Under the pieces are notes generated by a model. That model saw only the letters and a program-made list of their open reading frames with translations, had not been told where the DNA came from and did no database searches. The position numbers were made by a program, and so were the translations under genes. DNA of 64,000 nt from Podarcis erhardii. Taxonomy: Eukaryota. Below are positions 24,977 through 37,873 of the stretch, one piece after another. The DNA lies in assembly GCA_964252035.1 (NCBI GenBank), contig OZ176204.1; one strand, given 5' to 3'. The number at the start of each line of letters is the position of its first letter. Positions within the stretch are counted from its first letter, which is position 1.

Positions 24977-25779
24977 AGGTCCTTTCTGGTTAAATGAACC
25001 AACGCTGCAACTCTTTTTCTCAGTTGAGTCTCTTAAACTGCTGCAAAATTCAGTTGTTCCAGGGAGGTGACACTCTTGCTGCTCCATGGTGTTGGATTCC
25101 ACCTTGCAGCCCTTCTGTCCCCCAGCAGTTGTAGCACTTTAAGCAGACACAGCAAAGTCTTTTAACACAAGCCTTGAAAAGTTTGTGGCAAGTACCATGA
25201 CAGAATTGCCAGAAAAGATGGGCCATTCATTGCTGTGAATGCACAAACAAAACATGGTGGCATTTATTGAGTTACGTGATAAATACAATCTACCTTCGAC
25301 CTGCATACCTCTGATCACCTACTGCCATTTCTGGATATTCAAGAGACAACTAGTAGGAAGATAGAACAAAAGTATCTTAAAGTGGGTTTTTAAAAAATGC
25401 TCTCTTAACTGTATTTTGTTGACTTTTCCAAACACCACAAACCATCAGCTCTCCAGAATACTACGACCTGTCCACATTTGTCTCTTCACCAGGTACCGTA
25501 CTTGTGGGAAGGAACTTGCTGCTAAAAGCAAACAAGGCTAGGCAACTCTCTGTAAATAATTTCCATTATTTTGGGAAGGGGGTATCAAAAGAAAGATAGA
25601 CAAGTAACAGCCAAAATTGGAGCAGGTGAAGGGAAATGGAATAGAGTGGCTAGAACACTGAACATCAGCAAGCCATGCTGCTACATTCTGTTACAGGTTC
25701 CACTCATTTTGTGAATTTGTATACCATTCTTCAGCAAAATGGGTCTTGGGGGAGTGGAGAGGAGTTTCACTGCTGTACA

Positions 25780-25969
25780 CAGTGGACCCTCCAGATACGA
25801 ATTAAATTCGTTCCAGGGATCCGTCCGCAACCCAAAAAGTCCATAGGCAGAGGCGCCGCTTCTGCGCATGTGTGCGCAGTGAAACCCGGAAGTACACACC
25901 TCCGGGTTTGCCGCATTCATAACCCAAAAGTTACATATCCAGAGCGGTACGTAACTAGAGGGTCCACTG
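25780..25969. mobile_element. Tigger/pogo-like MITE, 190 bp
   Basis: Perfect 12-bp TIR CAGTGGACCCTC / GAGGGTCCACTG. TA follows on the right; the left flank is CA. Confidence 0.75.
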
Positions 25970-26114
25970 TACAGGAACTGAGTCCCAATACCTATAGCAA
26001 TGGAAATGGCCAACATGACATGAACATTTAAGAAAGGATTGCAGGGCCTGGGAAGCTGTATACCTGTGAGCCTCATTTAATTGATGGAAAGCATTTTAAA
26101 GGTCTGAATGCTAA

Positions 26115-26225
26115 ATATAGAATGTGATCTGCTTCCAGGTTTCCCATGGGCATCTTTCAGGCTGGGAGAAAACAGGCATGCCTGAATAGACCTTTGCTCT
26201 GATGCAGCAGAGCAGCTCTTATACA
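26115..26225 (+). mobile_element. CR1-type 3' UTR fragment
   Basis: Similar to the 3' end of the CR1 at 40540-40990 (GGCATCT...GAAAACAGG...TTTG.TCTGA...CTCTTAT). Confidence 0.45.
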
Positions 26226-29189
26226 CTTTGAAATGAAAGTTTTTTATAAGAAGAAGTTTCTGGTAAGTGGCCCACTAACAGCCTCTAGAAATTACTGCAG
26301 CAATAACCTCAAACATTATTATTTTTATTTTATCCATAAGTACCATTAATGAGTCCAGTTCAAACATCCAAATCAAAGGACAGGCTTCCATTCATTTCAG
26401 CATGTTTTAAAATTAAGCTCTCAATACTATGAGTAGAATCTAGACTAGAAGGGACAGTCTGATGCCTCTGGATGCTGGCCTGCTCAAATATAGTGGATGT
26501 ATTAAAACTGGCTCCAGAATGTCTCCTCTTTGGCACCAAAAGAAGAAAGTATTTCATAGTTAGCCAATTTACTTCAGAGCACTGCCTGTGCATCTAATAT
26601 CCTTACCCCCTGTCCTCATCTAGGCTGCGGAAATGTTGTCTAGATGGTTTGCCAAAGTTATACATATTTGAAAACCATTCAAATCTCGACATACTCCAGG
26701 AACCATCAGCTTAGTAAGTGCGGAAACAGTATTTACAGGACAGCCATATAGGAAAAAACAAGTTGTGCTTCATTTCCAATCTGTACATAGCTGTTCCAAT
26801 CAGTAAGGCACGTCTCTGATGTAACCATTTACTGGCAAGTGAGCTGCAAAACTCTGCAAAATCCTCACTGAGAAGGACTTTACATATAGAGTTACAACTG
26901 CATCAGGGTTTCATGATTATGCCAACCACATAAGGGGTTTTCTACATATATTCCCGAAATAACCAATTTCCTGGAATGTGCTGCCCCCATTGCTTACTGG
27001 CTCACATAGCCATAGCTCCTGGATATAGAAGAAAATATTTCTGCCCTGGAAGACTTCCAAGTTGCTTTAATGAAATTTGCAGTTCATAATCTTTTTAAAA
27101 GTTTATGATAATTTATTAGTTAATAAACTTCAAAGTTGATATCTTCACTGTGGTTCTGGAATACTGCTTTAGTAGCCAAATCCATACTGGGCTTTCTAAA
27201 ATGCTAGGATTCTTAACAGCTAGATTTTAAAATGCAGCTTTAATCATCTACAATATGCAAGGGTACATGTTCATAATTATTCCTTATGGGTTGAGAAACA
27301 AAAAGATAGAAAACCCATGTTTATATGTGAGCAGCAGCAACTTATAATTTCGGCAGACTGAGTAAAAGAAAGTGCTGTTTATTAAAACCATAAATTTTGC
27401 TGCAACCAGTTCTTTCACACACACAACCAATACAGCTTATTTAGCTCAGGAATTGTCTCAGTTCAGTTTAAAATGTCCATTCAGCAATTCTCAGAATGTT
27501 TCACAATACTATGGGCTCACTTATTCATAAACAAATCATTAACATTCTTGACATAAATCCATAGTTTGCAGCAATTCCCAGCTATGATCATGTTTTACTA
27601 CATTTGCTTGGCCCTTTATGAATGGCAGTTTTGTTTGATATAAACCATCTTCAAGGAACAAGACCACAAATTATGTATTGTGAGAAAGTGGTCGGTGTGA
27701 ACAGCTTGCACACAAACAACGGCCTCATTATCAAGGGTGGGAGATGCCAGGAAGTTCTCCTGCTCAAGTTACCTCTTCTGTGCACTTCACACTTCCCCAC
27801 TCAATCCAAATGGGGTCATATAAGAGAACATCCTTGTGGCAGTCCTTACAGTTCAACTGCTGAAACCCCGAGTATACTCTGTGATATTATCATGGCAAAC
27901 TTTCTGAATTGAGTTATACTTTGGATTAAAGGATCAATGAACACAATTTCCATGTGTGCTCTTTCTTCTTCTTAATTTTACTACCTAAAGATCTCTCACA
28001 AGAAAAAATGGCAAAGATCTCAAAAACCAAGTAGCATGCTGCCATAATATCAAAACTTCCCACATCTTTAAACAGAGGAAATCCTGTTCTTTTCTCTACT
28101 TCTAGGCATCTCTGGGACCTCCCCTTTGCTGCCTGTCCTTTTTCTGTGTTTTGGTCATGAGTGGGGCATTTTCCAGGAAGTGTGGGAACTGGTGTAATGT
28201 GCTTTTTCATAGATTAGAATGCAAAACAAACAAACGAAACCCTTTAAAATAAAAAGTTACTTTACCTATTGTACGAAAAGGTAGTTTGAACCCAGTCATA
28301 GTAACTCCAAGTTTCACTGTTCAGTTTAAAAGGCCATTTCTCAACTACTTAAAAATATGAGAGTGTTGAACAATACTGTTTGTAAATGAAAAACATACAT
28401 ATCTAGTAGCCTGATTAGATGGTTTGAGATAGAACCTACCCAGCAAAGAAATATTTAGCTCAGTAAAATAATAAATTCAGGGTCTTTGAGAAAAGCACTT
28501 GCCTAAACAAATGTTATACTATTAAGACTTCTTCCTGAAAAAGCACTCTTGTGTATCTTCTGATTTTAATAGCCTCTCCATTAGGGATATAAGAAGGCAT
28601 CATTTTCCTTTCCACCATTTATTCATCGCATGCAGCACTGTTTTGTCCCACCCAAAACTGCATAATTCAGCTTACTGCCTGCTGTGGAGAAATTACTAAC
28701 TTACATAATTTACGTAACTAATTATTTAAACTACATAAGTTACGCTGTCATTACATTACATTATTCCACCCCATTCATTTCAACGCAAAGGAAACACAAT
28801 GCAAATTGGAAGGTGGATAGAAATGGAATCAATTGCAAATCATTTACAGACTGCAAACAACAGCAGCAGCAAATACCAATCATATTCACTGGATTGATTT
28901 TGGTTCTGGACATGGAACAAACAAACAAACATGGCCATTTTCTGTTTCCATTTCAGTTTTCGTTGGAATTCTCCAATCTCCATAGTCAGCACTGGTATAG
29001 CAAGGCTACTTACAAACTGTTTGGGGAAATGGTTTTTTGAGTACACCTTTCAAAAGTGTTACAAATGTTATAAAGTCTGCTTCCACCTCAACACAAAGCT
29101 CCTCCCAGTCTAGCCATCCACATATTTGTGTGGAGGTCTCAGGCAGGGGAGCATTCGCCCATAGACCTCTACAAGCAGTGCCTCCCTCC

Positions 29190-29312
29190 AGTTTTAGAAA
29201 GATGTCACTAGACTACAATGCCCATCATCCCTGATCACTTACCATGCTGACTAGGGCTGATGGGAGTTGGAGTCCAACAACATTTGGAGGGACAGTGGCT
29301 CCCCATCCTTGT
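29190..29312. mobile_element. Palindromic MITE of the GGACTACAACTCCCA family
   Basis: AGATGTCACTAGACTACAATGCCCATCATCCC ... GGGCTGATGGGAGTTGGAGTCCAACAACATTTGGAGGG. Confidence 0.6.
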
Positions 29313-32300
29313 TCTACAACCCTGCACAAACACCTCCACACCTCAAGGGTAGATGACAGGGATGGGGCTACAGCTACCGTCCTCCAACTCCTTTCTTCAC
29401 TTGTTACCCCTTCACGTAAATAAAGAGTGAAAGGGACCAGTGTGCGCACATTTCTAAATGCAAATCTACAGTGGCGAAAGGAAGTCTGCCTTTTCCCTTT
29501 CATTCTTTTAGCATGTAATTAAAAAGGAGGCACAACAGAGCTTGGCTGCTCCATTTTCTCTCCCAGCTTCTGTTTAAGAAGCGGTCTACATATGAAGTTA
29601 AGATGCCCATAATGCTTCCTTCCATCCTATCCCCATGTTCTAATAAAGGCTGAGGGAAAATGCACTGTAAATATTTATTTTTCTCACAGATGTACTGAAT
29701 ACAAGCAGAGTCTTTAAAAGGAGAGGATGTGATCCAGTGCCAGCTCAAGCCAGTACAAAGACACTGATTGACTTCAACAGACTCAAATTAAACTTTAGAA
29801 GCACCATGACTTCCTCCAACAGAAGCCATTTTCACATCTTCTATTCATTGAGTTCTGCAGTGTCTTTCTGCATTCCTAAGGTCTCTACCACCCTCAAAGC
29901 AAATAAATAGCAGACATTGGGGCGGGGGGGCATGTACTTATTGATATGAATTTACTAATTACAATGGAATGCCAAAGTTTACCATATTTCATAGTAGCCC
30001 ACTGCATGTGTGTGCAGGCATGCACACATGTTGGGCAAAGAGAGGAGTCTTGCCAGATGTTGGGTAAGACTCATTTTGGTTTCAATATGCACATGAGCAG
30101 CAGTTTTTCCAAACCTTTTTATGGGTGTGGCAGAAGGTCTATATATACTCAGCCCAGAAAATCCTGTAGGCATCCCATATTCATAGCACACCATGGCAGC
30201 ATCAGCCAGATGTTTTTCCCCCTCTTAAAGTTAACCTAATTTTTCATCTTTACATATAAATTAACACAAGCAAGTTTGGGCCATTGACTCGTGCCCCAAG
30301 TTTTTTTAACTTCCTAGCAACACCCCTGCACGCAATCTTTTTGTTCTTCCATACACATAAGCCACAATTAAGCCAGGAAGTCTCTAATTAACTGTAGTCT
30401 CCCATTTTGTTCAAATCAGGAAGAGCTTCATAACAAGCCAGGATACTAAGCCAATTTCAAACCATGGTTCTAGGTCTAGCAATACAGTGCATGCCCAACA
30501 TTGTACTGCACTCCATAGAATATATGATAAGCTGCTGAGAATTCATGTTCCCATGCCTTTAAGATCTGTTTCAGATGCTATGAAGATTCATCACCTGCAA
30601 AATTAAATCACTTCACATCCAGCTGGGGGCAGTTCTCCAGGGGAACTTGCATATCTCCTCCTGTGCTAAGATGTGCAAGCTCAAATCAAATTCTGTGCAA
30701 CTTTTGAAAGCATAGGAGCTCTCTCAATGTCTGGATTTTCCATCTTTTTGCACTTCAGGCTTTCAATAAACTGTCTTTAATCTTTTCTGCTTGATAGGAT
30801 TGAAGTTTGTTCCTTAGATTAAGATCAAGTCATCTCTAAGGCTTTTCTCAAGAGAGACCTCTAGATGTTTAATTATATCCCACTTTTCCTTGTATGAGCT
30901 TGGTTCTTTCCCAATCATTTTATATCCTCAACAACTCTGTGAAATAGACTAGGGTGAAATAGAATGTCTAAGCCAAAGTCACACAGTGAGTTCTACAGCT
31001 GAGCGGTGATCTTAAGCTTGCTCCTAGTCCAACATCAACTGCTATGCTGCACTGGCTCTCATTATTATTTTCTTGTTCAGCTTTCAGACAGCCGTCTTCT
31101 CCTGTGCCTTCAGTAAGAGAGGTTCAATTCAGACATCACCTGGTTTGGAGAACCAAGAGCATGCCTCAAACTTATATGCTTTCTCCTTGTCTCTCATTTG
31201 CCAATTTTCTGCTTTGCCAGCATCTTAAATTGTTGTGACATCTTAATCAGAATCTGCATCTGATCTAAGTCTGCATCTGTATTTGAACTGTTTTTAGAAG
31301 TTATATCATTTGTGTGTTTGCTGCCTTGGGCTACTTTGGGAAGAAGAGGGGTACAACTTTTATCAGGCATTCTAGGGATGGCACTAACCAGTGCTGTTCC
31401 TAAACCATGACCTGTAAATCCATTCCAAACATTAAAAATAGAATAGGATGTAATAAAATAAGAAAGAGACAGAAAGAGGGAAGTCAAAAGAAAAGTAATA
31501 GATAAGGATTCTGTGCCTGCTAACATCCCCCCCTCCCCATTCTACTGTACAGCAATGGTTTTTCCCCCAAACCTGTCGTATTTTATTACTTTCCTGACTG
31601 ATGTTATAAGAGAGCTCTTCAGAAATTTTGAAGAGAGAACACTACTATATTATACTTGGACAAAATTCACCATGCCATGTAACTGCAAAGACTATATCTT
31701 AGCTTTCCTTAGAAGCTGGTTATTTCTTGAGCGGCAGATCTATTGTGTTCTGCTTCAATCCTCTCCATAGACATGTGGTACCTATTACAGATTTTATAAG
31801 AAAATAAGAGCATGTAGAGGGAAAAGCCAATCCTGCTCAGGCTTTTGTGCTAGAGAATAGCCATTCCAAACCATTGGAGCAGCCGACATTCCTTGGTAAT
31901 TTTCATTTTCTGATTATATGGTTCTCTGTCGATGCACGGTAATAAGCACTTAGGCTACCCTCTGGATAAAACTTCATACATTAAAAACTAGGCAGGAGCT
32001 CCTGCTATGTCCTTGAAAGTCAGGGAGTACTCATTTCAAATAAATGTATTAATTGAAAGCTTTAGTGGCTGTAGCTGCACTGTACTAGATGTTATAGTAT
32101 CAGCTAATGGGAAGAAAAAACAAAAAGAAATCTCAGAAACCAAATGGTTGCTTGTGCTGCTAAAGAAATTTGTACTGGTGGTTGTTTTTAACTTGCCTTC
32201 TTTTCTAGGGCATTTCCAGTATAGTTCAACTGGGAGATGCTGTGTTGGGTTATTGATGCAGCCAGGGCCAGTGTTCTGTGTCATCAAAGAGAACTTTGCA

Positions 32301-32593
32301 CATTGCCTCAAAGGCTGCTAGGATTGGTCCCAGGCTTAGTCAACCTTAGAACAGACCCAATAAAATCAACATAAGTTAGTCCAATTGCCTTCAGTGGGTC
32401 TACCCTAAGCATTATTAAGTCTGGATCGAACCTCTAATATTTGGGAAAGAATACAAGACCTACTAGAATTCTACCTGCAGAGCCAGAACAAGCGTTATAA
32501 TTCTGCATGAAAGTTTCTCCACATGGAGCAATTGATCCCCTAAGATTTAGAGTTCTGAAAACCTAGGAGAGGAGCAAAGAGCATTAATTAATA

Positions 32594-32834
32594 CAGTAGT
32601 ACCTCAGGTTACATATGCTTCAGGTTACATACACTTCAGGTTACAGACTCCGCTAACCCAGAAATAGTACCTCGGATAAGAACTTTGCTTCAGGATGAGA
32701 ACAGAAATCGTGCTCCAGCGGGGCGGCAGCAGCAGGAGGCCGCATTAGCTAAAGTGGTGTTTCAGGTTAAGAACAGTTTCAGGTTAAGAACGGACCTCCA
32801 GAACGAATTAAGTACTTAACCCGAGGTACCACTG
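32594..32834. mobile_element. Tigger-like MITE, 241 bp (copy 1 of 3)
   Basis: TA TSD. TIRs CAGTAGTACCTCAGGTTA / TAACCCGAGGTACCACTG with repeated TTCAGGTTA motifs. Nearly identical to 50193-50434 and to the reverse complement of 51548-51789. Confidence 0.88.
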
Positions 32835-34137
32835 TAATGCAATATTGCAAATTCCAGCTACATCTCTCAGCCACATATTTAGTTACCGTATAATATATTG
32901 ACAAGCAATGACAATATGCAAGACAGCATGTAGTACATGCTATTATAATATATTCCATTCTTCAGATAGGCATGTGCATATTCCAGCAGGGACTCCAGGG
33001 AATCTGAACATCACAAGAGCAGAGTGGAGAAACTAGTGTAAGCTCCTTTTCTGAAATATTTTATATGCATTTCCCCTTGAAAAATGTATCCATATTGTGT
33101 GATGTGAAAGGATTGGTCACCTATTTTTACCTATTTCAGTTCTTTTTAACACAGTGAATAACTCTTAAGTTTGTGTAATCTTCTGGAGGAGCAAATTCTG
33201 GATAACAGCCATTTATTTCAGTGGGATTGATTTTGCTCTAGCAAAACCAACATTAACATTTGAACTATTCATATACAAGAGGCCAGGGTTTATCCCCGAG
33301 TGACCACAACCACATCCATAACTCAGTTGATAACATTTTAATTCAGTCAGTAATTGCTGCCGAAACTTTAGTTTCATTCAACATAAGCTTTTCCAATGCC
33401 AAGCCACACTCGCTTAGTTTATCTTGGAAAGCTTCAGATATGCCAAAAGCCTCAAACCATAACAGAGAAACAAAAGGTCAGTCTATTACTCTCCAGACAA
33501 ACAGAATAAACTCTAGAGCAAGACAAGTTGGAGATACCTTGTCTTTTATTGTCTACTGTGCACACATGTATGCACACACAATACACCCACTTAAGCTGAA
33601 GCTTGATGTAAGCAAGCTGTCTTATCAAATATAAAATTCTCTATTACATCCTACCTGAGAACATAACTTTGTTTATTCAGTAATGCAACCACGTCCTCTC
33701 AGCCAAACTTTCTGCAAGGAAGGCCTCTGATGCTATACCAAGAATATAATGCACAGACATCCCAACATTAAATGTACAATTACTTAAAAATAAGGCCCAG
33801 TCCATTCAATCAAACCTACTTGCAACTAACTATGCACAGGATTGCAGTCCTTGGTGTATTTAATGTAATGTCCATTGGTCATTTCCTCGATTTTCATCAG
33901 ATGTTTGACTCCACTAGTTCCCTATAGACCAGCACGCCAAATCTGCAAACTATTTTGCCAGCTTGAGTAGCAAAAAGACCCATTTTCATTTGGGAATAAG
34001 TTTCCAACTCAGTTTCGGCAAACAATGGTGAAGAACTCCTGGTGGAATGGGCAACACTCCAACTTTCTTGTAGGATTGATGAAGAAACAGATGTGCTATA
34101 AGGCCACTCTAGGAATAGCTCAGGCTTCTTCAAGATC

Positions 34138-35422
34138 GCAGACGTGGGGATACAGGGCATAGCCCGTAACTGGTTGTGCTCTTTTATCTCTGGTCGGGGA
34201 CAGAGGGTGGCACTAGGGAGGGAAATGTCGTCGCGCCACTCCTTGGTGTGTGGAGTGCCGCAGGGCGCAATTCTCTCCCCGATGCTTTTTAACATCTTTA
34301 TGCGCCCCCTTGCCCAGATTATCCGGAGCTTTGGGCTGGGCTGTCACCAATATGCTGATGACACTCAGCTCTATTTGCTGATGGATGGCCACACCGACTC
34401 GACCCCGAACACACTGACCAGATGCTTGGAAGCTGTGGCTGGATGGTTTCGTGGGAGCCTATTGAAACTAAATCCTTCGAAGACAGAGGTCCTATGGCTA
34501 GGTCGGGATGGCATGGGGATGAGGGACCAACTCCCTTCTCTTGCAGGGGCCCAATTAGTGCCATTGCCTTCTGTTAAGAGTTTGGGTGTAATCCTTGACA
34601 CCTCCCTTTCCATGGAGGCGCAGGTTACAGCAACAGCCAAGGCGACATTTTTCCACCTTCGCCGCATCAAGCAGTTGGTCCCTTACCTTTCCCGCCCCAA
34701 CTTGGCCACAGTGATCCATGTGACGGTCATCTCCAGGCTTGACTACTGTAATTCGCTGTATGCGGGGCTGCCCTTGAAGCTGTCCCAGAAACTCCAGCGG
34801 GTACAGAATGCTGCAGCGAGGCTCCTCACGGGGTCTCTGCCATGGGAGCATATTCACCCAGTGCTTTTCAAGCTGCACTGGCTCCCGGTGGAGTACAGGG
34901 TCAGATTTAAGGTGCTGCTTTTGACCTTTAAAGCCCTTCACGGCCTAGGACCCTCGTACCTACAGGACCGCCTCTCCCAGAATGCCCCACGGAGAGCCTC
35001 AAGGTCCATAAATAGCAACACCCTAGTGGTCCCGGGCCCTAAGGAAGTTAGATTGGCTTCAACCAGAGCCAGGGCCTTTTCAACTCTGGCTCCGGCCTGG
35101 TGGAACGCTCTGCCTCATGAGACCAGGGCCCTGCAGGATCTGATTTCTTTCCGCAGGGCCTGTAAGACAAGAGTTGTTCCGCCTGGCCTTTGGCTTGGAG
35201 CCAATTTGATTCCCTCCCTCCCTCCCTCCCTCTCTCTTTTTTTTCTTTCTTTTCCTTCTCCTCCTGCGATGAGGCTACATTTTAATATTTTAATGTTCCA
35301 TTATTTTAATGTTGTATTTTATTTTTGTTTTTAACTTGTAATCATTCTTCTTGTTTTTATTATTGTTTGTAAGCCGCTCTGAGCCCGGCCTTGGCTGGGG
35401 AGGGCGGGGTATAAATAAATTA

Positions 35423-35460
<38 letters not shown>
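34138..35460 (+). mobile_element. 5'-truncated L2 LINE (second subfamily), antisense to PID1
   Basis: The ORF carries GVPQGAILSP, YADDTQLY, SRLDYCNSLY and LHWLPV. An apparent 1-bp insertion near 35170 shifts the frame (restored reading KTELFRLAF). 3' stem-loop and (ATT)n tail at 35421-35460. Confidence 0.9.
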
Positions 35461-35859
35461 CCCAGTACTGTAGTTTTTTTCAACAATTTGGTGGGTCTTC
35501 CTAGAGAAACAAGAATTTCCCCCATGACTGAATACACTATCCCTATGAGTTAAAATGTTTTTCAAAAGCGAAAATTACAAAGTAAACAAGCATTCCAGTA
35601 TGAACAACCTATATTTGACACTTGGCAAGATCGTGTCCAACAACAAAGGTAACAACCCCTTAATTACTCCTGTATCCCAGTAACTTGGTAAGAAAAAGAA
35701 AATTGTACAGCCGTTGTTGATTCCCCCGGACCCTGACAACATAGGAAACAGTTCAAGAGTCAGTACAGAACAAGACTTTTTACAGAAGCAACACCATACA
35801 AGATACAGCAAGTTTCCACACCCATAGTAGGAACTGGCATGAATCTAGAAAAAGACCAC

Positions 35860-35970
35860 AGAACAGTGGTAGAGCACATATTTGCATGCAAAACATCCCA
35901 GATTCAATCCCTGGATCTCCAGACAAGGCTGGGAAAGACCCCTGTCTTAAACCCTGAGGATTGCCACCAC
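35860..35970 (+). mobile_element. tRNA-derived SINE head (degenerate)
   Basis: CAGTGGTAGAGCACATATTTGCATGCAAAACATCCCAGATTCAATCCCTGG contains A- and B-box-like sequences, followed by SINE body sequence rather than a tRNA 3' end. Confidence 0.6.
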
Positions 35971-37817
35971 TCACCTGTGTGCCTGTCTATGGAAATCAAA
36001 GGTTAATTATACTCACTTCTGTAAAATCAGGCTAGTACCTGATAATTGAAAAGACTTTTTTTTAAAAAAGACATCATCTATGGCTGCCCCCACCCCATTT
36101 ATTGTTGATTTGGAGGACGAAGCTGAGCAAGAGTTACACACTATACAAATGTTTGTATATTTAAACTATGTACCTCTATCTATGAAATGTATCTACTTCT
36201 GGAGCTCATCATCTGACAAATACATTTGGCTGGTATACTATATTATTGCTTAAGTACTAGGTCCAACAATAACCTTGTAGTATAACCCAAGTTTTGAAAT
36301 TCTGGAACTGCTAGCAGCTATCTGTGTATATTTACTGTTATTTATATACCCCGTCAAAGTAGATGAGTTGTTTTTATAATGTAGCAAAGACAGGAGAGAT
36401 AGGTAAGTACTCAGAGAAACCTAAGATCCAAGTTTTGGACATTTGAGAAGGAGGGAGGGAAGGAAAAAAAGGAGGAAAGGAGGGAGAGGCATGCACTGTG
36501 ACTTTTTTGGAGCTAAAGACTAAATGATAGACTAAAAAATTATAGGATACTGGTTTGAATTTTTAAAAAAAACAGGTATACTTTCCAGGTACTATTTTTC
36601 TGTGTTTAACTTTTCAAAATTACTTAATAAATGCTGCTTGCTTAAACTGCTTGAGCCTTTTAAGACAACCAGCATGTGTACCTGTTTTTATCCTATAAAA
36701 TATTGGATAATATGTCAACATGATCAAGCTGTATAGCAGCAAGCATTTCAAAAGGTCCATTGACTGCTTCCATGTTATTCCTTTGCCCGTTGGAAGGGAG
36801 AAGGAAAGGAACGGAGATGACCTTCTGATATTTGGAAATGTCATGTTTAATGCTAAGATTAAAGAGCCCTTGCTGAATCTCAGTTATAAAAAAGCCAAAA
36901 AGACTAAACAAGAGAAACTATTTACAGTAAAACCTCTCAGCCATTCACACTGTAGATGGTCTGAACCATCTGATGCAGACACTTGCAAAGAAAGACAGCC
37001 TGACAGTTGCAGTACCATGGAAAGCTCCAAGTGAACAACTTGCTCTGAGAAAGGCTAGAGGTAGCCAGGACCCTGTGAATCCTTCTATCCTATCAACTCC
37101 ACTTAAGCTCCACCCTCTTGTATAAAAAATGCAAACTCTTATGAGTGCCACGCTCTTGGCCTTAAATAAAGCACTTTTCCATTAGAAGGCTTCCCATGCT
37201 GTTGGGTAGGGTGTGAAGGAGGTATTTGACCCATCAAGTGACTTGGACTCAGGGAAGGGCATCCATAAAAGTCTGGGCTTAGGTTCTACTGGATCCTAAA
37301 CACCAGTCCTAGGGCTTAGCATCAGGAAGCCAGGTCATCCCCCAACCACGGCTGCAGCAGCATCAACTCAGCTATATCTTGAGGTCAAGGCTGGGACCAT
37401 GATAGTTGAGGGCCAACATTTCTATTATAAAATGGAATATAATATTCTCTGGACACACATCTTCTCATGCATAGAGACAAGTTCAACATACATCATCATA
37501 AAAATTGGTTAGTTTTATAGAGAATGCCACTTGACATCTGAAACTGGTATTCCATCAATAAACATGCCAAAAACCCTCACGAAATATTTTTTTCTTTCAA
37601 CATAAAAACCACATTTATTAGAAAACTTTAACAGATTCAGATAATTAATCTCAAGGCCACACATCACTTTTTAAAAAAATAAAAAAGGAAAGGCAATGTA
37701 TCACTGAAGACACCACAAAAAGAAGTCAAGGACTTCTAAATTAACAAACACCATTATTTCACACACAATTGTAGCATTGACTTCAAATGACCTCTTTCTG
37801 AATTCAGTGCATTGCAG

Positions 37818-37873
37818 CACAGTGGACTACATGACCCTCAGTGTCCCTTTCAACTCTACAATTCTACAATTCT
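37818..37873 (+). mobile_element. CR1 3' terminal fragment
   Basis: GGACTACATGACCCTCAGTGTCCCTTTCAACTCTACAATTCTACAATTCT matches the CR1 stem-loop plus the octamer-type repeat tail. Confidence 0.65.

Noticed and set aside
32594-32834. Repeated TTCAGGTTA units and the 145-bp tandem units at 57184-57473 as CRISPR-like arrays
   Set aside because: They are subterminal repeats or a duplication inside TIR- and TSD-bounded MITEs in a vertebrate genome, with no unique spacers and no cas genes.
34144-35334. 396-aa ORF as a host gene
   Set aside because: It is the RT/C-terminal part of a truncated L2, with a frameshifted end running into the 3' UTR.
35860-35930. tRNA genes at tRNA-like heads (also 15600-15668, 24747-24820, 58420-58496)
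   Set aside because: They do not fold into a full cloverleaf and continue into SINE bodies.
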